From Novakomyces olei (Eukaryota): a DNA stretch of 64,000 nt. A program made the position numbers and the translations under genes. This document shows positions 54,938 through 64,000 of this stretch, in pieces. The notes beneath the pieces are model-generated. The model saw only the letters and a list, made by a program, of their open reading frames with translations, was not told where the DNA came from and did not search any database. The DNA lies in NCBI GenBank assembly GCA_016906335.1, contig JADEYG010000009.1:558001-622000 (forward strand), written 5' to 3'. Positions within the stretch are counted from its first letter, which is position 1, and each line of letters begins with the position of its first letter.

Positions 54938-55416
54938 ATGTCTGCGCCTAACCCTAAAGCGTTCCCGCTGGCCGATGCACAGCTCACGCAGCAAATCTTG
55001 GATTTGACCCAGCAGGCCTCGCACTACAAGCAGCTGAAGAAGGGAGCTAACGAGGCCACAAAAACACTGAACCGCGGTATCAGCGAGTTTATTGTGATGG
55101 CGGCCGATACGGAACCTATCGAAATTCTTTTGCATCTCCCTCTTCTGTGCGAGGACAAGAATGGTAAGTACAAAACCTTAAACTGCGTGATCAATAATGA
55201 AAACATATGCGCAGTCTCTAATAAAAATGGATGGAAGTTTTACAGCAATGCTAACTTCAAGTGCCGTACGTCTTTGTACCGAGTAAAACGGCTTTGGGCC
55301 GTGCTTGCGGTGTCACGCGCCCGGTTATTTCTGTCAGCATAACGACGAACGAGGCGTCAGGATTGAGGAATCAGATCCAAAAGATCAAGGATTCAATTGA
55401 GAAGCTGCTGATTTAG
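54938..55416 (+). CDS. SNU13: Snu13/15.5K K-turn-binding protein; intron 55164-55261
   Basis: [58 protein letters not shown]. Confidence 0.97.
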
Positions 55417-55496
55417 AAAGCCTACTAAATTATACAACAGAATTGAAACGGATCTTGAATTTACAATGTTTAGATGTTTACATGACCATGCAGAAA

Positions 55497-57385
<1,889 letters not shown>

Positions 57386-57745
57386 GATTATTTTCAGGTC
57401 GGTTGCTATACACTATTATTGTTTAAAGTGCTTTTTTTTTCCTGAGGCCTTTATCTCGATGTCCCCGTCCGGCTCAATGAAATCCAATGGCCCTGATGGT
57501 TTAGCCAACCGATCTAAATAAGGTGAGAGTGAGGCTTCCGGATACAAGTCTGCCGCTTGCGGCAATTACTCTCTCTGATGATCCTAAACACTTCAAGTCC
57601 GCTCATTAAATGTCCTTGAATTTTTTTATGAGCAAAAGCTTGTCATGAATCTGATTATTGAGCGGCCATTTGCTCTGCCGGCTTGTGAGGTAGATAGTGC
57701 CAAATCAATCCTATACGCGAGCTGAGGCAGGTACAATTAATTAGT

Positions 57746-58097
<352 letters not shown>

Positions 58098-58166
58098 GAT
58101 TAAGCTCTACTAACCGCGTTCAGCTCGACTGCCAACTCATAAAAAGCAACTGTACCAATTCTAAGC

Positions 58167-59324
58167 ATGTTTAAGCAGCGTGTTGGATTAGCTATTGGCC
58201 GGCCCCATTGGCTGCCGCAGAGTCAGGTTGGATCCAAATTGCCTTTAGCAAGATTCTACTCGCAGGGACCCTCCCAAGCCCCAAAACGGTCACGCGCTTT
58301 CCTCTACGCTGGCGGTGTATTGGCAATTGGTTCGGGCAATTGAACTGATTTTATTGCTAACTGACTAGTCGCATCGAGTCTTGTCGCTATTCGACTCGTC
58401 GCAAATGCTCAGAAAGGTACTGTGCCCTTAAAAGTTTCAGATTGCCATTTCGAACTGTTTCCAATTGAATCTTGCAATGATTGCTTTTTGTTTTAGTTTT
58501 GCTTTTTTTCTCCTTTGCTGACAGTCAAATGCAGGAGACACAAGCAGGCCTCAGAAAGCTCCACCGTCTGGACCGTTTAATCTACCAAAACTGTCGCAGG
58601 ATAAGCCCGCTTTTGATTCCGATAAGACTATGGTCATTTTTGTGCTAGGCGGCCCTGGTGTAGGCAAAGGCACTCAGTGTGCGAACCTTGTTCGTGACTA
58701 TGGGTTTGTACATTTATCTGCGGGTGATCTGCTTCGAGCTGAGCAAGTGCGACCGGGATCACAGTATGGAGAACTCATCAAATCATACATTAGGGACGGA
58801 AAGATCGTGCCAATGGAGGTTACTATTGCCCTCTTGGAAAATGCTATGAAGGAGAGCAACTCTTCGCGGTTTCTTATCGACGGGTTTCCTCGACAAATGG
58901 ATCAGGCGATTAAATTCGAAGAAGTCGTATGCAAATCAAAGTTTGTCATCTACTTTGAATGCTCGGAAGCGACCATGCTCAAGCGTTTAACCAAACGTGG
59001 TCAGGTAAGTTGTGAATAACTTAAAACCTTGGTTTTGTATAATTTTTTATTTTTATTTTTCTTATTTTTAATACGCACCATTCTTACGAGAAACAGACTT
59101 CTGGACGCGAAGACGATAATATCGAGTCAATTCGAAAACGGTTCCGTACTTTTATAAATACAAGCATGCCTGTCGTGGACTATTACCGCAAGCAAAGCAA
59201 GGTCGTCACAGTTGACTGCGAAGATAGTATCCAAGGCGTCTACTCGTCTTTGAGAAAGGTGGTTGAGGTAAGTTGAAGCCTTGAGGCAAATGCATTCGCT
59301 TACAAACAGCAACACCTAAAATAA
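58167..59324 (+). CDS. URA6: Uridylate (UMP-CMP) kinase with N-terminal extension; multi-exon
   Basis: VLGGPGVGKGTQC, HLSAGDLLR, FLIDGFPR, |SGREDDNIESIRKRF; end exons approximate. Confidence 0.9.
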
Positions 59325-59502
59325 TTTTGTATTGATGTTGAAAGTTGTATCCACGAGATGAAGCAGACATCTCCTTCAATGTTGGGATAAATTGTAATAG
59401 AATTTGGACAAAAACCAGATCAAATTGAATATTATCTATTGTATTTATATAAGCATTTCTCCTTCTGGGTATCTTTGCTTCTAGTCGCGATAGCAAATAA
59501 GA

Positions 59503-60019
59503 CTAGACCTCGTGCTCCGCAAGCAGCATGTTGGGAATACCCTCGCGAATAAGGTACAAATGCCCACAATTGCGGCAGCGCATACTTCCCTCGTCAATTT
59601 GCGTTTCAACAAGAAGGCTGTGAATAGCCTGGATCGTATGTGCTTGCGCATCAGAGTCTAAAGCCTCCAAGTCTGGTTTCTCCTGTGGTACCTGATTATT
59701 TCCCAGCTGAATAGTTAGAATTGAAAAGAAAATAAAGTAAACGAGAAATAAAATTAAAATAATAATTAAAATAATAATTAGTCTTACCTCGCTCGCGACT
59801 TGGACAATCGCTGGCCATTCGACACGAGGTAAAATACCTCTTACAAAGGCTTCATTGAAATCTGATTTGTGAACAGACACTTTGGCGTCTTCAAACTGTA
59901 AGGGAAACGCGTTCGGCGAAGCCGCACATGATTTCACTGAACAACAGAGAAAATTAGCTGAGCACCAGTTAGTATTTGCCTCTCATAAATTGGACTCATT
60001 TACCCGTTAAAAGCTTCAT
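59503..60019 (-). CDS. TRM112: Methyltransferase activator Trm112; two introns
   Basis: MKLLT|ANFLCCSVKSC...FPL...CRNCGHLYLIREGIPNMLL. Confidence 0.95.
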
Positions 60020-61387
60020 TCTAACGATCCTTGTGAAATGTCAACGTTTTTTGTATGCAAATATTGTTTGACATAGTGATCGCAAAAGATAAAATTCTGG
60101 TACCCGTCACGTGCACTAGACTATTTATATTTTACTGATCATTTTATTTGTATGATAAAAAAATATATATGTGCACAATGTATTACTCCCGAATAATCGC
60201 TTAATTATATATAAAATATAATAAAAATAAAATACGGTCACCGTTATTCCTATTTTCAATCATACGAGGCGAAAGAAATGCAGTAAGGTAAAATTAGAAC
60301 TAAATCTATTCAAAATCAATAACAATAACGCTGTCGAATTACACCACCGTCTATGGCAAATATATGAAGAACTTTAAAACCCCGGCCCAGTCTATGAATC
60401 CAATAACATTGCACCCCTTTCTTCTAAAAGCGAATTAAATCCTCGTTTTTCCCTCCTCTATTTCACAATGCAGAAATAGCAGGAAGCTTATGCAAAAAGT
60501 GATGCAATATAAAAACCATATCTCTTGAGACTGGAAAGAGACTTGTGTCCAGTACTAGCTCCAATAACCTTCCATTTTATTTCCTCTCTTTGAATCAAAC
60601 ATGCTTCCACATTCAGTTTTGTGCTTTAAGCCACCAACCTCCTCGTACCATGTCTTTGACCAATCGCAATATTCGGATACGAGCAAGATGAACGAGCTAT
60701 AATTATTTACTCGCAAAGGGTGTGTAGCATTACGAGGCCAAGAGCAATAGCACACTGCTGCCCATAATCGGCCGCAAGATAATCATCGAGACGATACACC
60801 GTTTCCCGACCAAAACATATGTAATATTGTGTCGGAAATTTGAGCCGAAACCTTTCAAACCGATAATATAAACACAAACACATGCCACAGATTATAGTCA
60901 GGGTCCAAACAATGATGGTACTAGAGAAAAAAAAAAGCGAGAAATAAAGAACACAAACTTTTTCCTTTTTTCCTGTACCAAAAGCGAACATTGAAACACA
61001 TCCCAGAAACCCCTCTTTTTAAATGGTAAATAAAAAAATACAGAATACAGAACAAACGTCCCGCAAGACAAACACAACCGGCGTCTTGCTTTAGACAAAG
61101 CCGAAGAGGTATCAAAAGCGTGCGATAGGTAATGGTTACCTTTAGGTGTGAATCGACAGATAATAAAAGACAAATAAATAAACAAAGCAACTATTAAAGT
61201 TTTCGCAATCAAGAGAACAAAACGCAAGTGAAAGCAAACAGACTCGGAAAAGCAGGCAGTGATGGCACTACTCAAACTCAGTTCCGTTCGAAAGGAAGAA
61301 AAAACAGCAAATGGTTTTAATACCAACTAATAATATCATGAGACTAATATTAATTAATATTAAAAACAATTACATGTTACCCCCCAT

Positions 61388-63734
<2,347 letters not shown>

Positions 63735-63921
63735 GATCCGGATACCAGAAAATCAAAGGTAAAAGAAGAAAACGAAGGTGTTTTCGTGTCTGGGTTTTGT
63801 GACCAGAAATTTTTTTATTTATATGCCTGATAAAAAATAGTTCAAAGTAAGATTTATCGGGACTCTTTTGTTTTGCCGTTCTTAAGCAGTTTTTATGGCT
63901 CGAGTCAAGACTATAGAATAT

Positions 63922-63965
63922 TATCAGAATAGTATCAGAATCGTATCAGAATCGTATCAGAATAG
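63922..63965. repeat. 11-bp repeat (TATCAGAAT[A/C]G)x4 upstream of DED1
   Basis: Direct reading. Confidence 0.85.
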
Positions 63966-64000
63966 TGTTTGGAGTCAAGAATATTCCATGGCCAAGCAAT

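Noticed and set aside
55180-55216. Possible second K-turn in the SNU13 intron (ACTGCG/CGCAGT stem with GTGA and ATGA)
   Set aside because: Flanking pairs do not satisfy K-turn geometry.

Overview
Eukaryotic (fungal) chromosomal DNA read with the standard genetic code and containing short GT-AG introns. The U3 snoRNA, 5S rRNA and promoter motifs resemble those of Schizosaccharomyces/Taphrinomycotina, but the species cannot be named without a search. The window opens with one complete intron-free rDNA unit (18S-ITS1-5.8S-ITS2-28S, plus 5S on the opposite strand) that directly abuts gene-dense single-copy DNA. That DNA carries about 27 spliced protein genes (Hook, photolyase-like, MAD1, ATG8, SUMO, SF3B2, EMC7, MRM1, SmB, IES1, PGS1, RPL20, UreD, EAF1, SNU13, MNS1, URA6, TRM112, DED1 and others), an intronless U3 snoRNA, and many AT-rich micro/minisatellites. 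Four observations stand out. (1) A textbook kink-turn lies just upstream of the SNU13 start codon, overlapping 5' splice-site-like motifs; SNU13 encodes the K-turn-binding protein, so this suggests an autoregulatory circuit. (2) A secreted Kex2/Ste13-type precursor releases nine identical RWIPMYGLPIS peptides, a probable alpha/P-factor-class pheromone. (3) A photolyase-family protein has a substituted or deleted Trp triad and CPD pocket. (4) Atg8 ends directly in the conjugation glycine. Exon boundaries and alignments were done by eye.
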